A stretch of 64,000 nucleotides of DNA from Parcubacteria group bacterium GW2011_GWA2_42_14 (GCA_000998135.1 LCCV01000010.1:9073-73072); one strand, 5' to 3'. Counted from the first letter of the stretch, positions 1-9,235 are shown. Notes: a model not told the origin generated them from the sequence alone. Numbers and translations: made by a program.

Positions 1-605
1 TTCGCGGAGGATTAAAGGGCGCGGGAGCCATTGTTACAGCTGATGAGCTTAAAAAAGCCGAAGAGGAAGTTACGGCTAAGGCTTTTGAGGAGGCCAGAAA
101 AGAATTGGATTCAAAAATTCCTCCCGGTTATATGTTGCGCAATAAGGACATGCTGCGGAAGGGCGGCAGTGTTATTAAAATTACCAAAGTATCAAAACCG
201 CGCGCGGGAGAAGCGGTAAGGACTTTTACGGTAGCCGCCGATGCTGTTGCCAGCGCTACGCTTTTTAAAGAAGACGATTTGTATTTACTGCTTTCAAAAC
301 TCGTGATAAAGGAAGGTTCGCGGGAAAGCATACTGAAGCAAAAAACGGATATTAATCCCACTCAAACAAATTTTGATTTTGATAACCGTCTGCTTACTTT
401 TAATATTGGAGATAATTTGGTTTTAAGTTACGATATTGACCAGGAAAGATTAAAAAATGAAATTGGAGGAAAATCTAAAAGCGAGGCGGAGGATATTTTA
501 CGGGACAGGCCGGAATTTACGGGTTTTGTCGTGGAAATTTCTCCGTTTTGGGTAAAGAAAGTGCCGTCCAATCCCAAGAAGGTTGATATTAAAGTTGAGT
601 TATGA
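1..605 (+). CDS. hypothetical protein (5'-partial; ORF runs in from the window edge in the frame of 105..605)
   Basis: Open frame from position 3 with no stop; stop TGA at 603-605; no recognisable motif. Confidence 0.45.
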   Translation, partial: RGGLKGAGAIVTADELKKAEEEVTAKAFEEARKELDSKIPPGYMLRNKDMLRKGGSVIKITKVSKPRAGEAVRTFTVAADAVASATLFKEDDLYLLLSKLVIKEGSRESILKQKTDINPTQTNFDFDNRLLTFNIGDNLVLSYDIDQERLKNEIGGKSKSEAEDILRDRPEFTGFVVEISPFWVKKVPSNPKKVDIKVEL

Positions 606-630
606 CCCCATACTAAATTTTGAACAAATT

Positions 631-1791
631 ATGAAATTTGATGTAGCCATTGTTGGAGCCGGGCCGGCCGGAAGCTGGCTGGCTAGAGAGCTTGCCAAAA
701 ACAATATTTCCGTTGTCTTGTTTGAACGTTCGCCGGTTATCGGCGAGCCAAATTTTTCCAGCGCCGGTTCTCCCGCGTATACGGTTGAACGATTCCGTCT
801 TCCTCCGGCATCCGTTGCGGCACGGTGGGATATTCTTCGCATAAATGGCCCCACCACCACATTTAGCTGGCGATATGATACGCCGATAGGTGTTGTTTTT
901 GACTTCCGCGAATTGAAAGTTTTACTTCTTAAAGAAGCGGAAAAGATGGGCGCAATTATCAAGCTGGGGTCCACGGTAGAGAATGTTAAAATTCTTAATG
1001 ATTATTCAGAGATATATGTCAAATCGGAAAAAGAAGCGTATCGCGCCAAAGTAGTAGTAGATGCATCAGGTCCTTCCGGGGTTATAGCTACACGATTAGG
1101 GATGAGAAAAGCCATACCGATAAAACCCTCGGTTGGTCTTGAAATTATAGCTGAAACGCCGCAGGCCCCAATAGATGTTTTTCGTACTCTCGATTTTTAT
1201 TTTGGCCGTGTATGGGTTCCGCATGGATACGGTTGGATTTTTCCCATGATGAAACCATGCGTAAAGATCGGCGTAGGTGTTTTTCAACTCGCGCGTTATG
1301 GAGGAGGCCCTCGATTAGAAGATTTCCTCAATGAATTAATTAAGCGGGTTCCTTATCTTTCCGGACATCATATTGTTGAAACACATGGCGGCATGCTTTA
1401 TGGAATGGGGATTCGACATCACGTATTTAAAAATGTTATAGCAATTGGTGATGCCGCGGATCAAGTAAACCCTTTGGGGGGTGAAGGAATCCGGCATGCT
1501 CTTCAATCTGCGGAATTTGCGCGCGATGTTATACTTGATGCCATTGCAAAAAATGATTTAGCGCGATTGGAACAATACGATATACGGTGGAGAAAATATA
1601 TCGGGTGGCGGTGGTGGAAATGTCGTATCCTTGCGCAGTTTTTTTATCATCATTTCTCCGATAGCATGCATGACAATTTTGTAAGAGCCGTATCCAAGAT
1701 TACTGCCCAGGAGATTTTTGACGCTCTTTTCGAATATAAGATATGGCCAAGTATACATGCCAGATTATTCAAACGACATACGGGGTATTGA
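631..1791 (+). CDS. geranylgeranyl reductase family FAD-dependent oxidoreductase
   Basis: N-terminal Rossmann GxGxxG motif (VAIVGAGPAGS); 'DASGPSGV' and 'IGDAADQVNPLGGEGI' motifs typical of GGR/ChlP-like flavoproteins; ATG at 631 preferred over TTG at 583. Confidence 0.7.
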   Translation: MKFDVAIVGAGPAGSWLARELAKNNISVVLFERSPVIGEPNFSSAGSPAYTVERFRLPPASVAARWDILRINGPTTTFSWRYDTPIGVVFDFRELKVLLLKEAEKMGAIIKLGSTVENVKILNDYSEIYVKSEKEAYRAKVVVDASGPSGVIATRLGMRKAIPIKPSVGLEIIAETPQAPIDVFRTLDFYFGRVWVPHGYGWIFPMMKPCVKIGVGVFQLARYGGGPRLEDFLNELIKRVPYLSGHHIVETHGGMLYGMGIRHHVFKNVIAIGDAADQVNPLGGEGIRHALQSAEFARDVILDAIAKNDLARLEQYDIRWRKYIGWRWWKCRILAQFFYHHFSDSMHDNFVRAVSKITAQEIFDALFEYKIWPSIHARLFKRHTGY

Positions 1792-1936
1792 CAATGCCCT
1801 TTTTATTTATTACATTTGGTATATTACTCATTATTTGACGTGTTTTAAATCAAATTAACCGCATTTTTAAACGCTTATAGACGCAGGCGGCGTTGGAGCG
1901 TTTTATTTTGTGTTTTAAACAGTAAAATAGCGTCGG

Positions 1937-2152
1937 ATGGCAAAAGAAAGAATTTACAAGGAAGGAGCCGTTGAGGAGGCCTTGGGGGGCACGCTTTTTC
2001 GCGTAAAACTGGATGATGGAGGGGAAATGCTCGCGCATCCTTCGGGCAAAATGCGCTTAAATTATATTAAAATTCTTCCCGGAGACAGGGTTCGCGTTGA
2101 GCCGTCGCCGTATGACGGGAAGAGGGGGAGAATAGTTCACCGATTAAAATAA
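1937..2152 (+). CDS. infA: translation initiation factor IF-1
   Basis: 71 aa, S1-like IF-1 sequence ([23 protein letters not shown]...[10 protein letters not shown]). Confidence 0.95.
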   Translation: MAKERIYKEGAVEEALGGTLFRVKLDDGGEMLAHPSGKMRLNYIKILPGDRVRVEPSPYDGKRGRIVHRLK

Positions 2153-2225
2153 ATCATGATTCATGAATAATGAATAATGAATCAAGTAAACGATTTATGT
2201 TTCAGGTTTCATGTTTCAAGTATGA
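2151..2225. repeat. CATG-rich intergenic element, copy 1 (AAATCATGATTCATGAAT...TTTCAGGTTTCATGTTTCAAG)
   Basis: ~70-bp sequence repeated at 2337-2404 and 2792-2853, each immediately upstream of a ribosomal protein gene. Confidence 0.6.
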
Positions 2226-2339
2226 ATGAAGGTACGCGCTTCGGTAAAAAAATTTTGCATGAAATGCAGGACGGTGCGCCGCAAAAGGCGGATTTTTGTC
2301 ATTTGCAGCAACCCCAAACATAAACAGAGGCAAGGATAA
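2226..2339 (+). CDS. rpmJ: 50S ribosomal protein L36
   Basis: 37-aa [40 protein letters not shown]; below the ORF-track length cutoff; canonical position after infA. Confidence 0.9.
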   Translation: MKVRASVKKFCMKCRTVRRKRRIFVICSNPKHKQRQG

Positions 2340-2404
2340 ATCATGGGTCATGAATCATGAATCAAAGAAAGATTTATGTTTCAAGTTTCATGTTTCAAGC
2401 GTGA
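2337..2404. repeat. CATG-rich intergenic element, copy 2
   Basis: Near-identical to 2151-2225; ends at the rpsM start codon. Confidence 0.6.
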
Positions 2405-2791
2405 ATGAGAATTGTAGGCATTAACATCCCTGATAATAAAAAAATTGAAATCGCCCTGCGATATATTTTTGGTGTCGGGCCGGGCTTGGCAAAACTCATT
2501 TTAAAAACGGCGCAGGTTGACGTTAATAAACGCGCTAAAGATTTGTCGCCTGACGAAATTAACCGCGTTCGAGACATTATTGAGAAAAATTATAAGATTG
2601 AAGGTGATTTGAGACGTGAAATAATGATGAATATTAAGCGGTTAAAAGAAGTGGGGACTTATCGCGGTTTACGGCACATTAGAGGTCTTCCGGCAAGAGG
2701 ACAGCGCACCAAGACGAATTCCCGCACACGGCGCGGAAATGTGCGTAAGACGATGGGCTCGGGAAGGAAACCGGCGTCAAGTCCTACATAA
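2405..2791 (+). CDS. rpsM: 30S ribosomal protein S13
   Basis: MRIVGINIP... typical S13 N-terminus; basic C-terminus. Confidence 0.95.
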   Translation: MRIVGINIPDNKKIEIALRYIFGVGPGLAKLILKTAQVDVNKRAKDLSPDEINRVRDIIEKNYKIEGDLRREIMMNIKRLKEVGTYRGLRHIRGLPARGQRTKTNSRTRRGNVRKTMGSGRKPASSPT

Positions 2792-2853
2792 AAATCATGA
2801 GTCATGAATCATGAATCAAAGAAAGATTTATGTTTCAAGTTTCATGTTTCAGG
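2792..2853. repeat. CATG-rich intergenic element, copy 3
   Basis: Near-identical to copies 1 and 2; precedes rpsK. Confidence 0.6.
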
Positions 2854-2862
2854 TTACACGAG

Positions 2863-3318
2863 ATGGGCAAAAAGAGAATAAAAGAAGATGCTAACGAAGA
2901 AGGAAAGAGCGCCTCAGGAGAGGCGGCTGTTAAGAAGTCTGCTGAAACAAAAGTTAAGGGTCGGGTGGAAGCAGTTAAAAAAGCTTTTGTTTATATTCAG
3001 GCCACTTATAATAATACCATTATCAGTCTTAGCGACGAGAAAGGTAATGTTTTGGCATGGTCTTCTGCCGGGGCCCTGGGGTTTAAAGGAACGAAAAAAT
3101 CAACGCCGTATGCGGCGGCTCGCGTGGCAGAATCATTGGTTGATAAGGCGGGCAAAATCAGTATTCCCGAAGTTGTTGTTTTGGTAAAGGGCGTTGGTTC
3201 TGGCAGAGAGTCGGCGATTAGAGCGCTTGTCAACAGGGGTCTGAATGTAACTTTTATTAAGGATGTAACGCCGATTCCGCATAACGGGCCAAGGGCGAGA
3301 AAAGTTAGACGTGTTTAA
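2863..3318 (+). CDS. rpsK: 30S ribosomal protein S11
   Basis: S11 core ([15 protein letters not shown]...[16 protein letters not shown]); start moved to ATG 2863 (MGKKRIK), downstream of the repeat. Confidence 0.93.
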   Translation: MGKKRIKEDANEEGKSASGEAAVKKSAETKVKGRVEAVKKAFVYIQATYNNTIISLSDEKGNVLAWSSAGALGFKGTKKSTPYAAARVAESLVDKAGKISIPEVVVLVKGVGSGRESAIRALVNRGLNVTFIKDVTPIPHNGPRARKVRRV

Positions 3319-3410
3319 TATCACTAATCAATTTCGAATTATTTCGCGAATGCCTGTGGTGAGCTTGTCGAACTATTCGCGAACGAAATTAGCGACTGAT
3401 TAGAGATTTA
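3319..3410. repeat. imperfect inverted repeat (hairpin) between rpsK and rpsD
   Basis: cactaatcaatttcgaattatttcgcgaat ... attcgcgaacgaaattagcgactgattag. Confidence 0.4.
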
Positions 3411-4034
3411 ATGAGGGTATTAGAAAAAGTTGAACGTCGTTTAGGTGAAAAGCTCTTTTTAAAAGGGGAGCGTTGTCTTGGGCCAAAATGCGCTCATATT
3501 CGCCGTCCTTATCCGCCTGGTGTTCACGGCAAGGGTTCGAGAGCCAGTAACTCTGAATTCGGAATTCAGCTTCGAGAAAAACAAAAAGTAAAATTTTTAT
3601 ACGGTCTTCGGGAGCGGATGCTTGCAAGATATTTCGGTAAAGCTCTTCGCGACAAAAAACATCCGACCGGAGATGCCCTTGTTAATACGCTTGAAAAACG
3701 TTTTGATAATGTTATTTTTAGGGCGGGTTTTGTCGTTTCCCGAAGCATCGCCCGTCATCTTGTAAGTTACGGGCACGTGCTTGTTAATAAACGCACGGTT
3801 ACCAAGCCTTCTTATTCGGTCAGAATCGGCGATATTATAGAATTGTCGCCTAAGGTTTTTAATAATCATGTTTTTGGCGAAGAATTTTTATTCCGTATCA
3901 AAAAACACGAAGCTCCGGAATGGATTAAATTGGATAAGGAAAAGAAAATCGCCGAAATTATAAAAGAGCCGTATGAAAGCGATTTAATTATTGACCCAAA
4001 TATAAAATTAGTTGTTGAGTACTATTCTCGTTAG
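3411..4034 (+). CDS. rpsD: 30S ribosomal protein S4
   Basis: S4 N-terminal Zn-ribbon-like region (CLGPKCAHIRRPYPPGVHG) plus S4 RNA-binding domain. Confidence 0.95.
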   Translation: MRVLEKVERRLGEKLFLKGERCLGPKCAHIRRPYPPGVHGKGSRASNSEFGIQLREKQKVKFLYGLRERMLARYFGKALRDKKHPTGDALVNTLEKRFDNVIFRAGFVVSRSIARHLVSYGHVLVNKRTVTKPSYSVRIGDIIELSPKVFNNHVFGEEFLFRIKKHEAPEWIKLDKEKKIAEIIKEPYESDLIIDPNIKLVVEYYSR

Positions 4035-4130
4035 CGACAAGAGACAAGAGACAAGCGACATGGCAATTTAAAAACGATACCAGTTTTTAAAAAAACATGT
4101 CTCATGTTTCATGTCACATGTTGCAAAAAA

Positions 4131-5084
4131 ATGATACCATTACCACAAAAACCAAAAGTAATCATCGAAGAAGGCAATAGGGGGGTTTATGAAATTGAGA
4201 GCTTGTATCCCGGATACGGCCATACTCTCGGCAATTCTTTAAGAAGAGTTCTTCTTTCTTCCCTAAGCGGCGCGGTAATAACTTCTGTAAAAATTGAGGG
4301 CGTGCAGCATGAATTCTCTACTATTCAGGGAGTTCTTGAAGATATGGTTGATATTATACTGAATTTAAAGCAGGTCAGATTTAAAATACACGGTGAAGGT
4401 TTTTATAAAATAAACCTTGAGGCCAAGGGAGAGGGTGAGGTTACAGCCAAAGATTTTTCATTGCCTTCTCAGGTGGAAGTGCAAAATCCCGAGCTTCATA
4501 TAGCCACCCTGACCGATAAAAAAACAGTTTTTAAATTAGAAGCGGAAGTTGAAACCGGCCTTGGTTATCAGTCGGTGGAATCAAGGAAAAAAGAAAAGGT
4601 TGAAATCGGTTCAATCGCGCTGGATGCTTCTTTTTCGCCGGTTAGGCTCGTAAATTACGAAGTGGAAAATATGCGGGTAGGGGACAGAACGGATTATAAC
4701 CTTCTTCGTATTCATATTAATACTGATAGCTCCATTGCGCCCAGAGAAGCCTTAAAACAGGCATCGGCTATTTTGGTGGGGCAATTTCAGGAACTTGCCG
4801 GCGTGTTTGAGGAAAAAGGAAAAGAGGCGCCTGAATTAAGGGCGGTGGAGGTTCTAGAGGGGCCCGGAGAAACATATGAAGAAGAATCTTCTAAGAAAAA
4901 AATAGAAGATCTAGGTTTTTCTAACAGAACCATGAATGCGTTGAATAAGGCGGGTATAAAGAATATAGGATCTTTGGTTAAAAAAACAGAAAAGAAGCTA
5001 AAGGAAATTGAAGGACTTGGAGATAAGGGCATACGGGAAATAAAGAAAGAATTGGGGAACCTTGGGGTTACATTGAAACAGTAA
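4131..5084 (+). CDS. rpoA: DNA-directed RNA polymerase alpha subunit
   Basis: Alpha N-terminal domain (GYGHTLGNSLRRVLLSSL) and C-terminal alphaCTD; start at ATG 4131 (MIPLPQKPKV). Confidence 0.95.
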   Translation: MIPLPQKPKVIIEEGNRGVYEIESLYPGYGHTLGNSLRRVLLSSLSGAVITSVKIEGVQHEFSTIQGVLEDMVDIILNLKQVRFKIHGEGFYKINLEAKGEGEVTAKDFSLPSQVEVQNPELHIATLTDKKTVFKLEAEVETGLGYQSVESRKKEKVEIGSIALDASFSPVRLVNYEVENMRVGDRTDYNLLRIHINTDSSIAPREALKQASAILVGQFQELAGVFEEKGKEAPELRAVEVLEGPGETYEEESSKKKIEDLGFSNRTMNALNKAGIKNIGSLVKKTEKKLKEIEGLGDKGIREIKKELGNLGVTLKQ

Positions 5085-5184
5085 GGCGACCCCAATTTAC
5101 GAATAGCACTCGAATGACTCGAATAACGCGAAACGGAAACATTTGAATCATTCGGGTGAATTCGAGTCGTATTAGAGTCGCTCC
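5085..5184. repeat. ~100-bp hairpin-forming intergenic element, copy 1 (GCGACCCCAATTTACGAATAGCACTCGAATGAC...)
   Basis: ~98% identical to 6223-6321; internal complementary arms gactcgaat/attcgagtc and gcgac/gtcgc; fills the whole rpoA-rplQ spacer. Confidence 0.7.
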
Positions 5185-5187
5185 ATA

Positions 5188-5538
5188 ATGAAACATCTTA
5201 AGAAAGGCAGAAAATTCGGAAGAGTTAAGAAAGTTCGGGAGGCCTTGCTAAAAAGCCTTGCTTATTCGTTTTTAACGCATGGCCGAATAAATACTACCGA
5301 AGCCAAAGCAAAAGAACTTCGCGGTTTTATGGAAAAAATAATCACTCATGCCAAAGCGGGCGGGCTGGCTAAAAGGCGTTTAGTCGCGGGAATTTTACCG
5401 CCGCGTACCGTAAAAAAACTTTTTGAAGAAATAGCGCCTGATTTTAAAGATAGAAAAGGCGGATATACAAGAATTATCCGGCTTGGTGTAAGAAAAAGCG
5501 ACGGAGCCAGAATGGCGATTATTGAGTTGTTGAATTGA
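5188..5538 (+). CDS. rplQ: 50S ribosomal protein L17
   Basis: MKHLKKGRKFGR... L17 family sequence. Confidence 0.95.
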   Translation: MKHLKKGRKFGRVKKVREALLKSLAYSFLTHGRINTTEAKAKELRGFMEKIITHAKAGGLAKRRLVAGILPPRTVKKLFEEIAPDFKDRKGGYTRIIRLGVRKSDGARMAIIELLN

Positions 5539-5619
5539 AAAATTTTTGTAGGTTAAGGAAAACAACTACTTATAAAAGGTCGATGAATTTATGCTATTGA
5601 TGAATAAAAAATTAAAGTT

Positions 5620-5796
5620 ATGGAATTTGGACAAGAAAAAAGTTTTGGAGATCCTGCAAGGATCCTTGAAGAACAAAGATATCTCGGTCTTCTAAAAAAA
5701 ATAGAAAGTGGAATAGAATTATCAAAGACTGAACGGATAGATTATGAGCGGTTACACCCTTTATATGGTTTAGATAAACAAACAGTGAAAGAGTAA
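5620..5796 (+). CDS. possible small protein (58 aa, MEFGQEKSFGDPARILEEQRY...)
   Basis: Unannotated ORF in the 320-bp rplQ-rplM gap; a competing 34-aa ORF starts at 5591 in another frame. Confidence 0.25.
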   Translation: MEFGQEKSFGDPARILEEQRYLGLLKKIESGIELSKTERIDYERLHPLYGLDKQTVKE

Positions 5797-5805
5797 TTGT
5801 TATTT

Positions 5806-5850
5806 TACCATTTTTTAGATGCTACAGTTGTAAAATAACAACTGAGGGAT
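5806..5850. terminator. hairpin ttgttattttac...gtaaaataacaa
   Basis: Perfect 12-bp inverted repeat. Confidence 0.35.
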
Positions 5851-5859
5851 TTTAGTTGG

Positions 5860-6222
5860 TTGTTTAATAGTATGGAACACAAGTTTGACGCATCAGGCAA
5901 AATACTTGGAAGATTGGCAACGGAAATTGCCGGAATTTTGATGGATAAAAACACACCGTCTTTTGCTCCGAATAAAATGCCCAAAAATACGGCGGCTGTT
6001 GTTAATACCGACAATATCGTTGTTACCGGCAAAAAATTAAAAAATAAAATGTACTACCGCCATTCTGGGTATATTGGAAATTTGAAAACATCACGGCTTG
6101 AGGAAGAAATGAAAAAAGATTCACGCCGGGTTTTATACAAAGCCGTATGGAATATGCTGCCCAAAAATAAATTAAGAAAATTAAGGATGAAAAATTTGAA
6201 ACTTTATAAAAGAGATAAGTAG
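5860..6222 (+). CDS. rplM: 50S ribosomal protein L13 (short N-terminus)
   Basis: DASGKILGRLATEIA matches the L13 core motif; start uncertain (5860 or 5872). Confidence 0.9.
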   Translation: MFNSMEHKFDASGKILGRLATEIAGILMDKNTPSFAPNKMPKNTAAVVNTDNIVVTGKKLKNKMYYRHSGYIGNLKTSRLEEEMKKDSRRVLYKAVWNMLPKNKLRKLRMKNLKLYKRDK

Positions 6223-6321
6223 CGACCCCAATTTACGAATAGCACTCGAATGACCCGAATAACGCGAAACGGAAACATTTGAATCATTCGGGTGAATTCG
6301 AGTCGTATTAGAGTCGCCTCC
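6223..6321. repeat. ~100-bp hairpin-forming intergenic element, copy 2
   Basis: Near-identical to 5085-5184; fills the rplM-rpsI spacer. Confidence 0.7.
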
Positions 6322-6324
6322 TTA

Positions 6325-7017
6325 ATGATTAAGAAAGCAGATACAAAAGAAAAAAAAGCAAAAACCGTTGCTAAAAAGGCGGTGAAAGAAAAGGAATTAA
6401 AAAAAGAATCGGCTGTTAAAAAGCCGGTTGTTGAAGTTTCGGTTAAAGAGGTAATAAAACCGGTTAAGGCCGTTGATGATAATTCTTCTTTCGTTTCCGC
6501 CACGGGCGGAAAAACCGCGGAAGTTCAGGAAAAAAGGGTTGAAGCGAAAAAGAAAACTATTGAAAAAAAACCGGAAGAAAAAAAAGAGCCGGTTTCGGAC
6601 AAAACCCTTGAAATCGCGCCTAAGCCGGATCGTTATTGGGAAGCGGTGGGAAGAAGGAAAACGGCTATTGCCAGAGTCCGGCTTTTTACGAAAGGCGATA
6701 AGGTTTTAGTTGTCAACGGCAAGCCGTATGACGTTTATTTTCAGGATTTAGCGCATAGAGCCGTGGTGGAAGACGCTTTGAAAAAAATGAAGTCATTGGA
6801 AAGATTTCGGATGTCGGCTAAAGTTCAAGGCGGAGGAATCCACGCGCAGGCCGAGGCGATCAGGCACGGAATTTCCCGCGCTCTTACAAAATTTAACCCC
6901 GATTTCAAAAAACGTCTTCGTCGCGCTGGTTATTTAACCCGCGACCCAAGGATGAAAGAGCGCAAAAAATTCGGATTGAAAAAGGCAAGGCGCGCTCCCC
7001 AGTGGGCGAAGCGATAA
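6325..7017 (+). CDS. rpsI: 30S ribosomal protein S9 with ~100-aa lysine-rich N-terminal extension
   Basis: C-terminal 130 aa is canonical S9 (...GGGIHAQAEAIRHGISRAL...RDPRMKERKK.GLKKARRAPQ.AKR); N-terminus KKAVKEKELKK-rich; the ORF-track start 6292 lies inside the repeat, so ATG 6325 is preferred. Confidence 0.88.
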   Translation: MIKKADTKEKKAKTVAKKAVKEKELKKESAVKKPVVEVSVKEVIKPVKAVDDNSSFVSATGGKTAEVQEKRVEAKKKTIEKKPEEKKEPVSDKTLEIAPKPDRYWEAVGRRKTAIARVRLFTKGDKVLVVNGKPYDVYFQDLAHRAVVEDALKKMKSLERFRMSAKVQGGGIHAQAEAIRHGISRALTKFNPDFKKRLRRAGYLTRDPRMKERKKFGLKKARRAPQWAKR

Positions 7018-7141
7018 ACGAGCCCTCAGACACGCCTCTCCACGCAAAAATAAAGGATAAATCGGACTTGAGCATTCGGTTGACGGAAAAATAAATGAGC
7101 GTTTCGGATATGTTGTCTTCAGGAAGTTTATAGTTGTTGAA

Positions 7142-7177
7142 TTTGAACAAGAACCGCGATTTTCGCGGTTCTTGACT
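7142..7177 (+). terminator. Rho-independent terminator after rpsI
   Basis: Perfect hairpin caagaaccgcg-attttc-gcggttcttg followed by T-rich tract. Confidence 0.7.
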
Positions 7178-7227
7178 TTTAATAGAGGTATGTTACTGAT
7201 AAGAGCAATTCCTTAAATGCGGAGGAG

Positions 7228-7623
7228 TTGATGAGAGAAATGAGAGAAGTCACCAAAGACGAAATTCGTAACGAAATTGACGAGTTTGAAAGTGCTTTGA
7301 AAAATCCTGGTTTTCCAGAGTTGTTTGATACCGTTCGTCCCTCAATACTTGCAGATGCTACCTTTGTTCTTGCGATAACGACGGGTGGTTGTAAGGTCAT
7401 TTTGACCGGAAAGGTTGCGGAGGTTTCCTATCAACATACTTCCATTTTTATTACTCTTCAGACAGATGGAAAGTTTTTTGGTAAAGATGGCACATTTCAT
7501 TATCTTTGCGGTTTCTTTTATGACTCATACGGTCCGCTTGGGTGGATACCGGATTTCGTTGGCGGCCGTATACCAGAAGGTGTATACTGCCAGATAAAAT
7601 TTTTTGTTCCTTATAGTTTCTAA
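7228..7623 (+). CDS. hypothetical protein
   Basis: 131-aa ORF flanked by terminators on both sides; no recognised motif. Confidence 0.45.
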   Translation: MMREMREVTKDEIRNEIDEFESALKNPGFPELFDTVRPSILADATFVLAITTGGCKVILTGKVAEVSYQHTSIFITLQTDGKFFGKDGTFHYLCGFFYDSYGPLGWIPDFVGGRIPEGVYCQIKFFVPYSF

Positions 7624-7701
7624 TTTATTACCGCATGGTTCGCCTTGCGGTTTTTTTATTTGAAAATTTCCTAAGCTTAAAAGATTAATTGTTCAAAGTT
7701 A

Positions 7702-9174
7702 CTAAAACGCCATCTCATATACCATTCTTCCGTCGCTCCAGTAAAGTTTTTGGTTTTGCGTGGAATAAATGAAGTTTTGCGCGAAGCCGTCAATTATTTT
7801 TTTAACAAAAAATCCTCCTCTATCGTCAATGTCGCTTACAAAAATTCCTTTTTGCGTAAGAACCATTATATGCTCGTTGTCATCGTCGTACCAAGCAGCT
7901 TTTTTGACCCGTTCGACCTTGCTCAGGGTCAATCCTGAGCTTGTCGAAGGATTGATTTTTTCGCTGGCGGCAGGAATTTTAATGTGAGTTCCGGCTTTGC
8001 GATATGGCTGATATGATTCATCTTTGATGAACAAAATATGCAATTCACTTTCTTTCCAGTATAAAAGTTTTTTTGCTTCAGAATCGAATTCAGCCCCCAG
8101 CACCGCGCCGTCAAACGGCTGGATTTCTGTCCCGCCGTTTTGCATAAAGAAAAGTCCGCCCGAAGCGTCAATTAAATAAATATCGCCGTTTTTTGATTCG
8201 CCGATTTTGGCCGCTTCTTTGCTTAAATATACCCCTTGTCTGCCGAGAACTTCCGTATTTTTTCCGTCCAGGCCGGTTCTGGCAAAAAAACCGTTTTTAA
8301 AAAGAGCAAGAATTTTATTTTCTCCAAAGCCCAAAGAATTGATATTTTCCAAGAGCGCCGTTGTCGAAGAATTCTGGTCATTTTTGAAATCCATGCCTGA
8401 TAACCTGCCGGATTCGTCAAGCACGAAAAGTTTATCAAAACCCGACTTATCAAACGCGTAAGACATTGCTTTAAGCGTTATTTCGTTATTGTCTTGGCGA
8501 TAAGTTATTTTTTCAGGAAGTTCTATTATGTCTTTTTTGGGCAAGGACGCCAAATTCATTAGGTGCCATATTTCACTTGCTTCTTTGAAAATAAGTTTTT
8601 GCGAGTTATTGTTCCACCATATCTGAATTATATTGTGTTTGGAAAAAAGAGAGGTTAAGGGGTTTTTTCCGAATCCGCCTGATTCTGCGAGATAAAGCGC
8701 GCCGTCTTTCTGGTCGCGGATAATAATTTTTGATTCATCGGGAGAAATTGATAAAAGGGCAAAGTTCGCGGTTGTGGTTCCATGGGTAGATTGTGTTTTG
8801 TTTTGGGCAATATCGGGCAGGAGCAAAATATTTCTTATTTCCGTGACTATTTCTTTTTGCACCTTTATAGTTTTTGACCACATTAAAAAACCATCTTTTT
8901 TGATTTCCACGGCGTATTCGCCCTCGTCAAGATTTCCCAAAAGCGCTCCGGAAGTGATAAAGGAAATTTCTTTGGCAAAGTTGTTGTTTAAAAATATTCG
9001 GTATCCGGAAGCGTTTGAGGATTTAAGAAAAATGCCCCCGGTTTTTATCAGGGTTTGGTTTTTTAAATTATAATAGTAGCCGAGGGAGTAAAGAATTACC
9101 GCCGGGGTTATGACGAGGAAGATTAAAACCGAGAGATAAAAAATTATTCGTCTTTTGGTCTTAGTTAATGACAT
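7702..9174 (-). CDS. membrane-anchored hypothetical protein (N-terminal TM; PEGA-like beta domain)
   Basis: 490 aa; N-terminal hydrophobic helix; 'YAVEIKKDGFLMWSKTIKV' resembles PEGA domain. Confidence 0.55.
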   Translation of the reverse strand: MSLTKTKRRIIFYLSVLIFLVITPAVILYSLGYYYNLKNQTLIKTGGIFLKSSNASGYRIFLNNNFAKEISFITSGALLGNLDEGEYAVEIKKDGFLMWSKTIKVQKEIVTEIRNILLLPDIAQNKTQSTHGTTTANFALLSISPDESKIIIRDQKDGALYLAESGGFGKNPLTSLFSKHNIIQIWWNNNSQKLIFKEASEIWHLMNLASLPKKDIIELPEKITYRQDNNEITLKAMSYAFDKSGFDKLFVLDESGRLSGMDFKNDQNSSTTALLENINSLGFGENKILALFKNGFFARTGLDGKNTEVLGRQGVYLSKEAAKIGESKNGDIYLIDASGGLFFMQNGGTEIQPFDGAVLGAEFDSEAKKLLYWKESELHILFIKDESYQPYRKAGTHIKIPAASEKINPSTSSGLTLSKVERVKKAAWYDDDNEHIMVLTQKGIFVSDIDDRGGFFVKKIIDGFAQNFIYSTQNQKLYWSDGRMVYEMAF

Positions 9175-9180
9175 TTTTTA

Positions 9181-9235
9181 GTGACATGTGGCATGAAACA
9201 TGGGACTTGTCTCTTGTTACTTGTCGCATGTCTCT
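9181..9235. repeat. CATG/GACAAGAGACA-type element upstream of the 7702-9174 gene
   Basis: gacatgtggcatgaaacatgggacttgtctcttgttacttgtcgcatgtctc; same word family as 4035-4123, 15301-15350 and 54846-54925. Confidence 0.45.

Noticed and set aside
6204-6709. ORFs antisense to or out of frame with the rpsI lysine-rich region (6204-6503 minus, 6473-6709 plus)
   Set aside because: Artefacts of the A/G-rich repetitive coding sequence of the S9 N-terminal extension.
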